The position numbers were made by a program, and so were the translations under genes. DNA of 35,388 bases from Thermoplasmatota archaeon (GTDB lineage: Archaea > Thermoplasmatota > E2 > JACPAO01 > JAHFTW01), in NCBI GenBank assembly GCA_041623215.1, contig JBFJXH010000005.1:1-35388 (forward strand), read 5' to 3'. Of this stretch, positions 1-8,726 are shown one piece after another. Below the pieces are notes generated by a model. The model was not told the origin of the DNA. It ran no database searches and worked only from the letters and a program-made list of their open reading frames with translations. Every line of letters starts with the position of its first letter. Position 1 is the first letter of the stretch.

Positions 1-668
1 GGCACGATGGCAGGCGGGCCTGAAATCAGCCACGCCACGGGCATCAGCAGCACGGCGCCAATCACCGTGGTCCAGAAGATGGACTCGACGGCTGGCACTT
101 TGCCGACCAGACGCCGGCCTAGCACCGTATAGACCCCCCAGACGAGCGCCGCAGCAAAGAAAAGCACGTCACCGACCAGCCGGTCCGGGCTTGCTGCCGA
201 GGCTTGCCACGCCGACCAGCCGATGGCCAGCGCACCCGCCGTGGCCAACGCGCCGCCAAGAAGCGCTCGGGGTCTGGGGCGACTTCCATCCAAGATGAAG
301 GCCCACAAAACGCCCGATAATCCTGCCAAGCCAGGGGTAAGAACCGCCCCGTCGCTAGCCGGCGCAAGCTCAATACCGAGCAAAAAGAAGACATTGTAGC
401 CAATGGCCCCGGTCAGGCCCATGCCAACAAGCACCTTCCACGTGGACGCATCATGGCGAAGGGAGACTGGGCGACGCATCGCTGCTGCGACCGGCCACAG
501 CACGGCGGCGGCCATGACGAAGCGCCCGACCGAATTCCACAGGGGGGGCGCTAGGCCAGCTGCGCCGCGGGCCACCACCCAAGCCCCGCCCCACGCAGCC
601 GCCGTAATGGTGACAAGCACGATGCCAAGGACGCGGGAGCCTCCTGCCGCTTCCTGTGGCTGAGTCAC
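1..668 (-). CDS. EamA/DMT family transporter (3' end runs off the left edge)
   Basis: Not in the ORF track. Hand translation from GTG at 668 (GTGA overlap with the upstream stop) gives MTQPQEAAGGSRVLGIVLVTITAAAWGGAWVVAR..GRF..LGIELAPASDGAVL..GDVLFFAAALVWGVYTVLGRR, open to the edge, with typical EamA repeat motifs. Confidence 0.85.
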   Translation of the reverse strand, partial: MTQPQEAAGGSRVLGIVLVTITAAAWGGAWVVARGAAGLAPPLWNSVGRFVMAAAVLWPVAAAMRRPVSLRHDASTWKVLVGMGLTGAIGYNVFFLLGIELAPASDGAVLTPGLAGLSGVLWAFILDGSRPRPRALLGGALATAGALAIGWSAWQASAASPDRLVGDVLFFAAALVWGVYTVLGRRLVGKVPAVESIFWTTVIGAVLLMPVAWLISGPPAIV

Positions 669-1432
669 GCAACCATCCTCTTGCGGGCCGCTGCCACCGC
701 GAATCCGCAAAACGTCATGGTGGCGGCCACGATGTAGCCGACATGGAGCAGCCAGATGTCGGGCAAGGCGTCAAGGGCCAGGCCCCGAGCTAGGGCCGCC
801 GCATGCGTCAGGGGCAACGCATACGCGACTGCCTGGGCCCACGCAGGCAACTGGCTTAGCGGGAAGAAGGTCCCCGAAAACAGGAATTGCGGCGTGATGA
901 ACAAGAACATGAAGTAGCTGAATTGGTCGATGACGCGCACTTTGGCGGTGGCAAAGAGGCCAATGCCGGCAAACATGGTCCCCACGGCAAAGGCCAGAAC
1001 CGGCAGCAACAGCGCCGTTGGGTAACTCAGCAGGCCAAACGCGGTTGCCACCAGCGTCATCAGGCTGGCATTGATGGTTGCGCGTGTGGCGGCCCAGAGG
1101 ATTTCGCCCCAGAGAATATCTCCCGCCGAAAGCGGCGTGGCATGGACTGCGTCCCAGGTTTTCTGAAACGTCATCCGGATGTACGATGAATAGGTGGTCT
1201 CAAAGAATGCGGTCTGCATCATGGTGATGGCAATAATTGCCGGGGCGATGTAGTTCAGGTAGGGAATGCCGTCGAGATCACCAATCAGTGCGCCAAGCCC
1301 GAACCCCATGGCGAATAGGTAAAGCGTCGGCTCGGCAAGCGGTGGAACCGCGTTCATGTACCAGGTTTTGCGGTACACCTGCCAATTGCGTCCGGCCATA
1401 GCCAACGCACCTGACAGCGTCGTCTCAGGCAC
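665..1432 (-). CDS. ABC-2 type exporter permease (NodJ-like)
   Basis: About six TM segments; EPTLYLFAMGFGLG, YLNYIAPA, FSGTFFPLSQLP and LPLTH motifs; overlaps the ATPase gene. Confidence 0.9.
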   Translation of the reverse strand: MPETTLSGALAMAGRNWQVYRKTWYMNAVPPLAEPTLYLFAMGFGLGALIGDLDGIPYLNYIAPAIIAITMMQTAFFETTYSSYIRMTFQKTWDAVHATPLSAGDILWGEILWAATRATINASLMTLVATAFGLLSYPTALLLPVLAFAVGTMFAGIGLFATAKVRVIDQFSYFMFLFITPQFLFSGTFFPLSQLPAWAQAVAYALPLTHAAALARGLALDALPDIWLLHVGYIVAATMTFCGFAVAAARKRMVA

Positions 1433-2363
1433 GAAGCGCCCTCCCGGTTAGCCGCAAGAATACATCTTCCAACGTTGCCCGACGCAGCACCGATTCGGCC
1501 ACCGCTGCCTTCCTCAACACGCGGTGTTGGATGCGCTCCATGGCGTCTCCGTAGGCTAGGACGCGGTCGCCAACGCGTTCATGCCGAATCCCATGCGGCA
1601 ATGCCGCTTCAATCGCATCCAGCGAGGCAGCCGTCGCATCGTTGTCATTTTCGTGCACCAAGAACTCAACTGCTTCGCTGCCGCAATGCTTGGCAATCAA
1701 GTCGCGCGGACGGCCAGACTCCAGAATCCGGCCCTGGTCAATGATGACCAGCGTGTCGCACAATTGCTCCGCTTCATCCATGTAGTGCGTCGTGAGAAGA
1801 ATCGTCTTGCCTTGCCTGCGCAAACGCCGGATGGTGTCCCACAGGGCGTGGCGCGCCTGTGGATCAAGCCCGGTGGTTGGCTCGTCGAGGACCAGAATTT
1901 CGGGGTCCGCCACAAGGGCTCGGGCGACCACGAGCCTGCGTTTCATGCCGCCCGACAACTCGTCGATTCGAGCGTCGCGCTTGGCCGTCAAGTCAAGAAA
2001 GCCCAGCAACTCGTCGGCCCGCTTCTTGGCGAGGGCATGGTCAATGCCGAAGAAGCGCGAGTAGAGGACCAAGTTATCGCGTACCGTGAAATCCGGGTCG
2101 AGGTTGTCCTCTTGCGGTACCACCCCAAGCCCCCTCTTGATGCGGCGCGGGTCCTTGGCAGGGTCAGAACCCAGAACGATTAGGGTGCCTCCGGACCGGG
2201 GGCTGACCGCCTGGAGCATCCGAATCGTGGTCGTTTTGCCGGCTCCGTTTGGGCCTAGAAGGCCAAAGCACTGGCCACGGGGAATCGACAAATCGATGCC
2301 GGCAACCGCCTCGAAGTCGCCGTACGATTTTCGCAGCCCAATCGCCTCGATGACCGTGTCCAC
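1425..2363 (-). CDS. ABC exporter ATP-binding protein (NodI/DrrA-like)
   Basis: Walker A GPNGAGKTT, LSGGMKRR signature, LDEPTTGLDPQAR, TTHYMDEAE, C-terminal TLEDVFLRLTGR. Confidence 0.93.
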   Translation of the reverse strand: MDTVIEAIGLRKSYGDFEAVAGIDLSIPRGQCFGLLGPNGAGKTTTIRMLQAVSPRSGGTLIVLGSDPAKDPRRIKRGLGVVPQEDNLDPDFTVRDNLVLYSRFFGIDHALAKKRADELLGFLDLTAKRDARIDELSGGMKRRLVVARALVADPEILVLDEPTTGLDPQARHALWDTIRRLRRQGKTILLTTHYMDEAEQLCDTLVIIDQGRILESGRPRDLIAKHCGSEAVEFLVHENDNDATAASLDAIEAALPHGIRHERVGDRVLAYGDAMERIQHRVLRKAAVAESVLRRATLEDVFLRLTGRALRA

Positions 2364-2510
2364 GCCGTGCCGAGTCGCAGTCCCTGGATGAGGGTGCCGC
2401 CGTGCTGGCGCGCTGCCGTGACTGCCCCGGGGCAGGCCGGTTGCCTCGTCATGGCGCTACCGTCGGCCAGGGATGCCATTCCGCTCTGCGGCTCACCTGA
2501 TGAAGGGGGC

Positions 2511-3098
2511 CTAAAGGCGCAGGACGCCCCAGGCCACTCCGGATAGGACCACGGCAAACGCCAGTAGCAGCGCCACGCTGAGCAGCCGTACTCCGGTGGC
2601 GAACCATGTCCAGCGCTCTGCTCCGTGGGCGACCAGCCACGCGAAGACGATGACCCAGCCAAAGATTCCCAGGAGGAAGCCGGGGATTCCTGCCAGCCCC
2701 TGTGATTGGACGAAGACGAAGCCGCCTGAAAGCCACCATGCCGCCTGGTAGGGGTTGGTCGCAGCGGCCGCAAATCCAGCCAGAAACGTACTCGGTTTCT
2801 CGGCCGCCTCCGGTCGCCGTTCGCGCCACGCGCCCCAGGCAAACCACAGCATGAGGGCGGCACCGGCGGCGGCCGCTGCCCGCAGCACACGCACGTCGTC
2901 GACGAGTGCCCCGACACCAAACGCCATGACCGCCAGCCAGACCACGTCGGCGACCGGTGCCCCCGTGCCTACACGGACCCCGGCGCGCCATCCCCGGGTC
3001 GCCGATTCCTTGGCGATGAGGGCGTTCATGGGCCCTGGCGGAGCGGCCAGCGACAGGCCTAAGGCAAATCCAAACAGCAGCGCGGTCCAAGGAGCCAT
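2511..3098 (-). CDS. LysE family transporter
   Basis: LAAPPGPMN N-terminal motif and FLAGF..ATNP motif; hydrophobic 195 aa. Confidence 0.88.
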   Translation of the reverse strand: MAPWTALLFGFALGLSLAAPPGPMNALIAKESATRGWRAGVRVGTGAPVADVVWLAVMAFGVGALVDDVRVLRAAAAAGAALMLWFAWGAWRERRPEAAEKPSTFLAGFAAAATNPYQAAWWLSGGFVFVQSQGLAGIPGFLLGIFGWVIVFAWLVAHGAERWTWFATGVRLLSVALLLAFAVVLSGVAWGVLRL

Positions 3099-3111
3099 GG
3101 GGTTGCCGTGG

Positions 3112-3669
3112 CTAGTAGTTGAAGTCCTGGTGGGGGTCTTCTTCTAGGTCAACGCCGAGGCCGTGCACTAGGCGGTTGACGAAGTTGAAGTAGGCAACAA
3201 TCTCGGTGGCGTGCAGGATGGCTTCATCCTCAAAGCCAGCGGCTCGAAGCGCTGCGACGGCCTCGGCCCGGCCGTCGGCGGGGCGCTTGGTGAGGCCTTC
3301 GGCGTAGTCGGCCAGGGCTGCTTGTTGGGGAGCCAGATTTGCTGAACGCCAATCCTTCTGGACTGCCTCAACAAGCCCTTCCTCCTTGGCGTATTTGGCG
3401 AGTGCATCGGCGTGGTGAATGGTACAGTAATCGCAGCCATTGGCGACTGATGCGACGACGCCGATGAGCTCACGGTCAAACCGGCTCAAGGGGCTCTTGC
3501 CGTACAGGAGCGTCATGTAGAGATCCAGGTGAGCCTGAAGCGCCTTGGGGTGCAGGCTCTGAATGCGAAGCACGTTGCTGACGCGTCCGCGCGTTTGTTG
3601 CACCTTGTCATAGATGTCAAACAGCGGCCCTTCCGCGTCGTCTTCACTGATTGTGTGGATATGGGGCAC
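3112..3669 (-). CDS. AhpD/CMD-like peroxidase-related enzyme
   Basis: RELIGVVASVANGCDYCTIHH (E..CxxC..H) and AYFNFVNR; start moved to GTG 3669, downstream of a T-rich box. Confidence 0.88.
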   Translation of the reverse strand: MPHIHTISEDDAEGPLFDIYDKVQQTRGRVSNVLRIQSLHPKALQAHLDLYMTLLYGKSPLSRFDRELIGVVASVANGCDYCTIHHADALAKYAKEEGLVEAVQKDWRSANLAPQQAALADYAEGLTKRPADGRAEAVAALRAAGFEDEAILHATEIVAYFNFVNRLVHGLGVDLEEDPHQDFNY

Positions 3670-3837
3670 GATGCCGGACCGGCATGGGCAGAAAAAACAA
3701 CGTGCCGCGAATGGTGGAATGCGGCAGCTTTGGCGCACGCTCCCGGCGTGACTGGCCAGGGCTTTGGGGCCGCCCTGGCAATCCGTCGGCCATGGATACT
3801 CTCTAAAAGCAGCCTGGGGTCGCGCGCCCCGCGACCT

Positions 3838-3910
3838 GCCACCTTAGCTTAGTCGGTAGAGCACGTGATTCGTAATCACGAGGTCGAGGGTTCGATTCCC
3901 TCAGGTGGCT
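3838..3910 (+). tRNA. tRNA-Thr(CGT)
   Basis: Acceptor GCCACCT/AGGTGGC, D-arm AGCTTAGTCGGTAGAGC, anticodon arm CGTGA-TTCGTAA-TCACG, T-loop TTCGATT; no encoded CCA; CTAAAAG box at 3803-3809. Confidence 0.96.
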
Positions 3911-4003
3911 CTCGGAGTGAATGTGGGTGAAGCCATGCTTCCCTGCGAGTCAAGCACGCGGCGGGGGGCAGTCGGCTCGCCTGCTATGCCCGCATTGCCC
4001 ACT

Positions 4004-4089
4004 GCGGAGATAGCCAAGTCTGGCCCACGGCGCCCGCCTTGAAAGCGGGTGGACGCAAGTCCCCGGGAGTTCGAATCTCTCTCTCCGCG
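4004..4089 (+). tRNA. tRNA-Ser(TGA)
   Basis: Acceptor GCGGAGA/TCTCCGC, anticodon arm CCCGC-CTTGAAA-GCGGG, long variable arm GGAC-GCAA-GTCC, T-loop TTCGAAT, G discriminator. Confidence 0.95.
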
Positions 4090-4129
4090 CTCTGGCTGGA
4101 GGCGTGGAGGGGTAGGGTGGAGGCTGCCG

Positions 4130-4780
4130 TCAAGCCACGCGGTCGCCGTCGCCATTCTCGGCGCTCTTGGGGCCAGGCACCACGTTAAGAAGGGCCACCT
4201 GCGCCGGTCCCGCGATGCCATCGAATGCGGCCGCGTTGACGCAGCCATAATCCTGCGCGAAGCAGAAACTCTCCATGTACGGTCGCTTCGTCACAGCTGA
4301 CAAGATGGCTCGGTTGACACCCGCATGAGCAAAAACCGCTACGTGGCCTCCAGCGTGGTCCTGAAGCAGGCGGTGCAGGGTACTTTCCACACGTTTCGAG
4401 AAGGCGCCGGCTGCTTCCCCGTCCGGGCAAGCAATGGACATGGGGTCGGCAGCCCAATTCTTGGCAAACGCCGGGTCCCGCGCTTCAATCGCTTCCCACG
4501 CCAAACCTTCCCACGCGCCGAAGTTCATTTCCTGCAAGCCATCCACCAGTGTGGGCGTCAGGCCATGGGCGCGGGCCGTGGGTAAGGCTGTGTCTCGGGC
4601 GCGCTTCAGCGGGCTGGCAAGCACTGCGTCAAGGGGGGCGTCGGCAAGGAATCCTGCGATGGCGGCCGCCTGGTGCTGGCCCACATCGGACAACGGCACG
4701 TCGGTACTCCCGACGAAGGTACCGACGTAGGGTGATGCCACCTCACCATGGCGAATGAACCAGACGTATGTTGCCGCCAC
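4130..4780 (-). CDS. Histidine phosphatase family protein (CobC/PhoE-like)
   Basis: FIRHG, SPLKRARDTA, QEMNFGAWEG and AHAG motifs; start moved to GTG 4780. Confidence 0.88.
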   Translation of the reverse strand: MAATYVWFIRHGEVASPYVGTFVGSTDVPLSDVGQHQAAAIAGFLADAPLDAVLASPLKRARDTALPTARAHGLTPTLVDGLQEMNFGAWEGLAWEAIEARDPAFAKNWAADPMSIACPDGEAAGAFSKRVESTLHRLLQDHAGGHVAVFAHAGVNRAILSAVTKRPYMESFCFAQDYGCVNAAAFDGIAGPAQVALLNVVPGPKSAENGDGDRVA

Positions 4781-4838
4781 AGATTTTCCACCGTGTCGGT
4801 TGCTATGACCTTTTAGCAACAGTCGCCTTGCTTCCAAC

Positions 4839-5141
4839 ATGGCCAGCGGCCTCCTATCCGGCCTGTTTCGCTACCAAGAGTCGGAATTGGACCCGGTAGT
4901 GCACGCGGAGATTTTGGTCGAAACAAGCCGCAGTGGGGCTCGGATTGCCATCTTGGAGATTCTCTTTGCGCTGGGCTTTGGCGTTGTGTTGGGCTTTGGT
5001 GACCCCGCTTTTCGCGCCGTGGCACTCTTCGCGTTGTTCACTGTGGTGCCATTGCTCGTGGACTCAGCGCTTCGGCGCCGTGCCGCTGCGCGCCTGATGG
5101 GTGCGGACCGCGCCGGTCCGCTGCCTCCCATGCCGCGCTAG
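4839..5141 (+). CDS. Small hypothetical membrane protein (2 TM)
   Basis: Fills the gap between flanking genes; two hydrophobic stretches; TTTTAG box about 25 nt upstream. Confidence 0.55.
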   Translation: MASGLLSGLFRYQESELDPVVHAEILVETSRSGARIAILEILFALGFGVVLGFGDPAFRAVALFALFTVVPLLVDSALRRRAAARLMGADRAGPLPPMPR

Positions 5142-5167
5142 TGCTCGGGGGGTTGGCGGTAGCGGAG

Positions 5168-5575
5168 TCACACGGCGTGGGATCGGTCGTACAGGCGGCC
5201 GTGGCCGCGACTTGAAACCACCCGGACTCCCCGCTTGCGAGCTTCTGCAGCCAAGGCGCCGTCGTCCGTCACCACAATGGCCCCTTGGGCCGTGGCAAGT
5301 TCTAGGATGCCGTCATCCCCGGGCAACCGGGTAGCCTTGATGTGACAACTCGGAATCAGATGGCGCTTGGCCGCTGCCGCAGCTCTGGCGGTTGCGCTGC
5401 TCCCCTCGGCCAGCGATGACAATTCAGCATCGGTCCCGGCCGTTATGGTCCAGGGTCCTGTGAACCCAAGCCGTGTCAGTTCATCGCGTAAATCGGTAGC
5501 TCGTGTCCAAGGCAATAGGAGTGCATTGGTGTCGAGGAGAACGGGGGCCTGCGACGGCGCACCGCTGCCATCCAT
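5168..5575 (-). CDS. PIN domain protein (Fcf1/Utp24-like)
   Basis: VLLDTNALL, DDGILELA and VVTDD acidic motifs; lies directly after aIF2-gamma, as in many archaea. Confidence 0.82.
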   Translation of the reverse strand: MDGSGAPSQAPVLLDTNALLLPWTRATDLRDELTRLGFTGPWTITAGTDAELSSLAEGSSATARAAAAAKRHLIPSCHIKATRLPGDDGILELATAQGAIVVTDDGALAAEARKRGVRVVSSRGHGRLYDRSHAV

Positions 5576-5578
5576 GGC

Positions 5579-6829
5579 TCACCCTTGCAGCACGCCGTAG
5601 CCGATGAGGCGCCAGCGGGCGCCGACACGCCGACTAATGGCGATGCGGCTGCCGGGGTCGCATGCAACCGGGAGCTTGAGGGCACACTCGACGCCTTTGG
5701 CGTCGGACTTGAGGACCAAGCCAACCGTGGTTGCGGTGCCAACGTTGAGCATCAGGGGTTCGCGCACTTTGAGCGGCTCGACAATGGTGTCGTCCGTGGC
5801 GCCCACCACGCGCTCCAGGAGCGTGGTTTGCATGCTAATCTTGTTGCGTACCTCGGGCAACTTTTCCGGGTGGCCAAGGCTCCGGCCCACGAGGTTGTCT
5901 GACTTGGTGACGGACGGGTCAAGCTCCGTCCCGATGGCGATGAGGCCGCCAGGGGTTGCCTGTTTGACCTTCTTGCTGCCACAGAACAAGCTAGTAATCT
6001 TGGTCGTCAAGGGCTCGTAGGACGTCTTGCCGTCGCGCTCCACCTTGCGGCCCGGAACCACTTCAACTGTATCGCCGACTTTCAACGTGCCGCGGCTCAA
6101 GCTGCCACCGATGACGCCACCGACGAGCTTGTCGGGGCGCGTGCCGGGCTTGTTAATGTCAAAACTGCGAGCAATCAACAGCAGGGGGGCCGCGTCCGGG
6201 TCATGCTCGGGAGTGGGAATGCGCTCCTCAATGGCGTGGATGAGCGCACCGAGGTTCACGTCATGGTGGGCACTGATGGGGATGACGGGCGCATCCTCGG
6301 CTACTGTGCCCTTGACGAACGCCTTGATTTCCTCGAAGTTCTCCTTGGCCCGGTCCGCTGAAACAAGGTCAATCTTGTTTTGGACGATGACGATGTTTTT
6401 TGCCCCGGCAATCTCCAAGGCCTGGAGGTGCTCTTTGGTCTGCGGCTGCGGGCACGACTCGTTGGCGGCCACCATCAGCAATGCGCCGTCCATCAGGGCG
6501 GCACCCGAGAGCATGGTTGCCATCAAGGTCTCGTGGCCGGGCGCATCCACGAAGGAGACGGGCCGCAAGAGTTCGGCGTCCGAACCGTTCAGGCGAGGAT
6601 CGTCGGGCCGCGTCGTCCACACTTCTTCCCCGTCGCTGCCCTTGCCGTGGTAGAATACAGTGTCCGCATAGCCGAGTTTGATGCTGATGCCCCGCTTGAC
6701 CTCTTCCGAGTGCTCATCGGTCCACTTGCCGCTGAGGGCCTTGGTGAGTGTGGTCTTGCCATGGTCGACATGGCCAATCAGGCCAATGTTGACCTGTGGT
6801 TGACCTGCGTCAGGGGCTTTCTTGGGCAC
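5579..6829 (-). CDS. eif2g: Translation initiation factor aIF2 subunit gamma
   Basis: QPQVNIGLIGHVDHGKTTL, RGISIKLGYA, DAPGHETLMATMLSGA, PQPQTKEH, NKID, RWRLIGYG; start moved to GTG 6829, 23 nt after TTTTAT. Confidence 0.97.
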   Translation of the reverse strand: MPKKAPDAGQPQVNIGLIGHVDHGKTTLTKALSGKWTDEHSEEVKRGISIKLGYADTVFYHGKGSDGEEVWTTRPDDPRLNGSDAELLRPVSFVDAPGHETLMATMLSGAALMDGALLMVAANESCPQPQTKEHLQALEIAGAKNIVIVQNKIDLVSADRAKENFEEIKAFVKGTVAEDAPVIPISAHHDVNLGALIHAIEERIPTPEHDPDAAPLLLIARSFDINKPGTRPDKLVGGVIGGSLSRGTLKVGDTVEVVPGRKVERDGKTSYEPLTTKITSLFCGSKKVKQATPGGLIAIGTELDPSVTKSDNLVGRSLGHPEKLPEVRNKISMQTTLLERVVGATDDTIVEPLKVREPLMLNVGTATTVGLVLKSDAKGVECALKLPVACDPGSRIAISRRVGARWRLIGYGVLQG

Positions 6830-6967
6830 GGGCCGCGCGAAGCAGGGGTGGGATAAAAGCAAAGGGCCGCTGCCAGGAGGCATCTTCGGAGGCGCAATGG
6901 CCGCATCGAGTGGCACCGCGGGGCGCCCAGCGTGCGGGCGACGCTGCGGTGCTTGGTGGCTTCGGCG

Positions 6968-8167
6968 TTACAGCGTGACAACAATGGGATTGCTGGCGCC
7001 GAAGGGGCCGTCGGGCGCGTTGTCGCAGTCCACCTTTTCGTAGACTGAGGGGTCATGCGGGATGAACCAGTCCCCTGCCGAGGTCCAGAAGTTGGCGCTG
7101 GGTCGCGGTTGGCCAAGGACCTCGTGGAACACCAATTGGAGCCCCAGCATGTTGCCGCTACTGGCACATTTCACCTGGCTACGGTCGCGCTGGTAGCTCA
7201 TGATGTCCAGGCGGGGCACCTTGGTCGTGGTGAAGTCGAGGGCGTCGCCAACGTGCCCAAGGCCAAGGCAATGGCCGAGTTCGTGGGCATTGAGGTCGTA
7301 CAAGCCATTCTGGTAAAGGCGCCAATTGGTGTTCACAACCATGCAAACGTCGGCTGGCAGCCCCAGGCCGCAGTCGCCGGAGCTCATGACGGTCCATGGG
7401 CCGCCGTGGTCGTGGCTCCAGGGCGTTTGCGCCTGCGGGCAAGCGTTTTCGGCCGGTTGCGTGCCAATGCCAATGGCTCCTGGTTCTGTGCTAGTGATGA
7501 TGATTTCGGGGTCGGCCAGGACCTCGGGGGGAATGATGTCGCGGCCCACGGTATAATCGCGAATCGTGATGCCGCTGCTTAGCCACGCGGGGGCAAGCGC
7601 CTGGATGCCGTCGCGCCACGCGTCGACGCTTGCCTCCAGCGCGTCAATGCGCCACGCGGCCTCCGCCGTCAGCGGCACGTCGATAATGACATCCAATTCC
7701 GTTTCACTCCACTCGAAGAGTACGCGCTGGTGAAATTCGTCCTGGCTGAGCGAATTCACGAAGGAAATGGGAATGCCACCGTCAACCGGGTCGCCGGCCT
7801 CAAAGACGAAGGAGCCGCCTGCCCCCGACCAATAGGTCACGCGAGCCTGCGTCGTGCCCACGGGCACGCGCCCAAAATCGTTGCCCGGCTGGCCTTGACA
7901 TACGTCGTTGCCACCGGCCAATTGGAAACAGATGTCCCAATCCTCGCGCACCGTCCCGCTGGCTGCACGCAATGAAAATGCCCGCCCGCCACAGTCCGGG
8001 TCCACGGGGAACGCCTTCTCGGCCATCCGATCCGCCGTACCTACGGGCACGCGAGCGTCACCGCGCACCGTCACCGCGCATTCACCGTCTGATGCGGCTG
8101 TGGCGGCCGGCGTGAAGGACGCTGCGAGCAGGAGCACAATCGTGCCTGCTACCAGTTGCCGTGCCAA
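6968..8167 (-). CDS. Secreted metzincin (matrixin-like) zinc metalloprotease
   Basis: Signal peptide; HELGHCLGLGH zinc motif and DIMSY Met-turn; Cys-containing N-terminal beta domain. Confidence 0.8.
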   Translation of the reverse strand: MARQLVAGTIVLLLAASFTPAATAASDGECAVTVRGDARVPVGTADRMAEKAFPVDPDCGGRAFSLRAASGTVREDWDICFQLAGGNDVCQGQPGNDFGRVPVGTTQARVTYWSGAGGSFVFEAGDPVDGGIPISFVNSLSQDEFHQRVLFEWSETELDVIIDVPLTAEAAWRIDALEASVDAWRDGIQALAPAWLSSGITIRDYTVGRDIIPPEVLADPEIIITSTEPGAIGIGTQPAENACPQAQTPWSHDHGGPWTVMSSGDCGLGLPADVCMVVNTNWRLYQNGLYDLNAHELGHCLGLGHVGDALDFTTTKVPRLDIMSYQRDRSQVKCASSGNMLGLQLVFHEVLGQPRPSANFWTSAGDWFIPHDPSVYEKVDCDNAPDGPFGASNPIVVTL

Positions 8168-8220
8168 GCTTGGGTTCGCGCCGGTCGAACGCGCCAGGCG
8201 TTCTTGACCTTGCGCATCAC

Positions 8221-8619
8221 CTATTCTTGTTCGGCCAGGTCGGCGAAGTGGTCGCCAACGGGCTTGCTGCCGGACTTGGTGACCTTGAGGTTGAGTTGGA
8301 CAATGGCGTCGCTCACGGTGTTGCCGCGGACTGACTTGCCCTTGCGCTTGCCGACGTAGTCCTTAGGGTGGAAGCCCACGCCCTCGGAGAGGAGCAGGCG
8401 GCGGCGGTCGGCGCCGTCCACGTCCTTGCGCATGGGGAAGCCGGCGAAGTCGGTGCCGCCCGTGATGGTGAGCTTGTAACCGGGGAGGTTGGCGTTCATG
8501 CCGTCGATTTCCTGACCGATCTTCTTACCGATCAAGCTCTGGGCGTGGTGGCCAGTCACTTCGAAATTGTACGACTTGCCTTCTGCGGGGTCATTGATGA
8601 CGAGTTTGAAAGTTGCCAT
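8221..8619 (-). CDS. rps6e: 30S ribosomal protein eS6 (S6e)
   Basis: FKLVINDP, GYKLTITGGTDFAGFPMRKDV, RKGKSVRGNTVS..IVQLNLK; SD-like GGAAGTGA upstream. Confidence 0.97.
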   Translation of the reverse strand: MATFKLVINDPAEGKSYNFEVTGHHAQSLIGKKIGQEIDGMNANLPGYKLTITGGTDFAGFPMRKDVDGADRRRLLLSEGVGFHPKDYVGKRKGKSVRGNTVSDAIVQLNLKVTKSGSKPVGDHFADLAEQE

Positions 8620-8726
8620 GGGTTCACTTCCTGCACCGGGTATGCCGACCAGCCAGGCGCGTGGCCAGGGGTCAGGTCACCATGTGGCGTCCGGTGCAGG
8701 TCTGGCCGACCTCGACGGGTTCTTAA
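8620..8726 (-). promoter_or_regulatory. rps6e promoter (TTAAGAA, 8726-8720) and structured 5' leader
   Basis: Perfect 10-bp inverted repeat CCTGCACCGG (8630-8639 / 8691-8700) enclosing inner helices; the SD-like sequence overlaps the 3' arm. Confidence 0.55.

Noticed and set aside
2422..2435. Perfect 14-bp palindrome CTGCCCCGGGGCAG upstream of the ABC exporter
   Set aside because: Almost all G/C in a GC-rich genome, single copy, and no adjacent regulator.
4004..4089. Possible selenocysteine or suppressor tRNA (TGA in the anticodon loop, long variable arm)
   Set aside because: The anticodon is UGA (reads UCA, Ser), not UCA, and the acceptor stem is a normal 7 bp.
3838..4130. tRNA pair as an integration site for an island
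   Set aside because: No integrase and no duplicated tRNA 3' end seen in the window; the flanks are ordinary genes.
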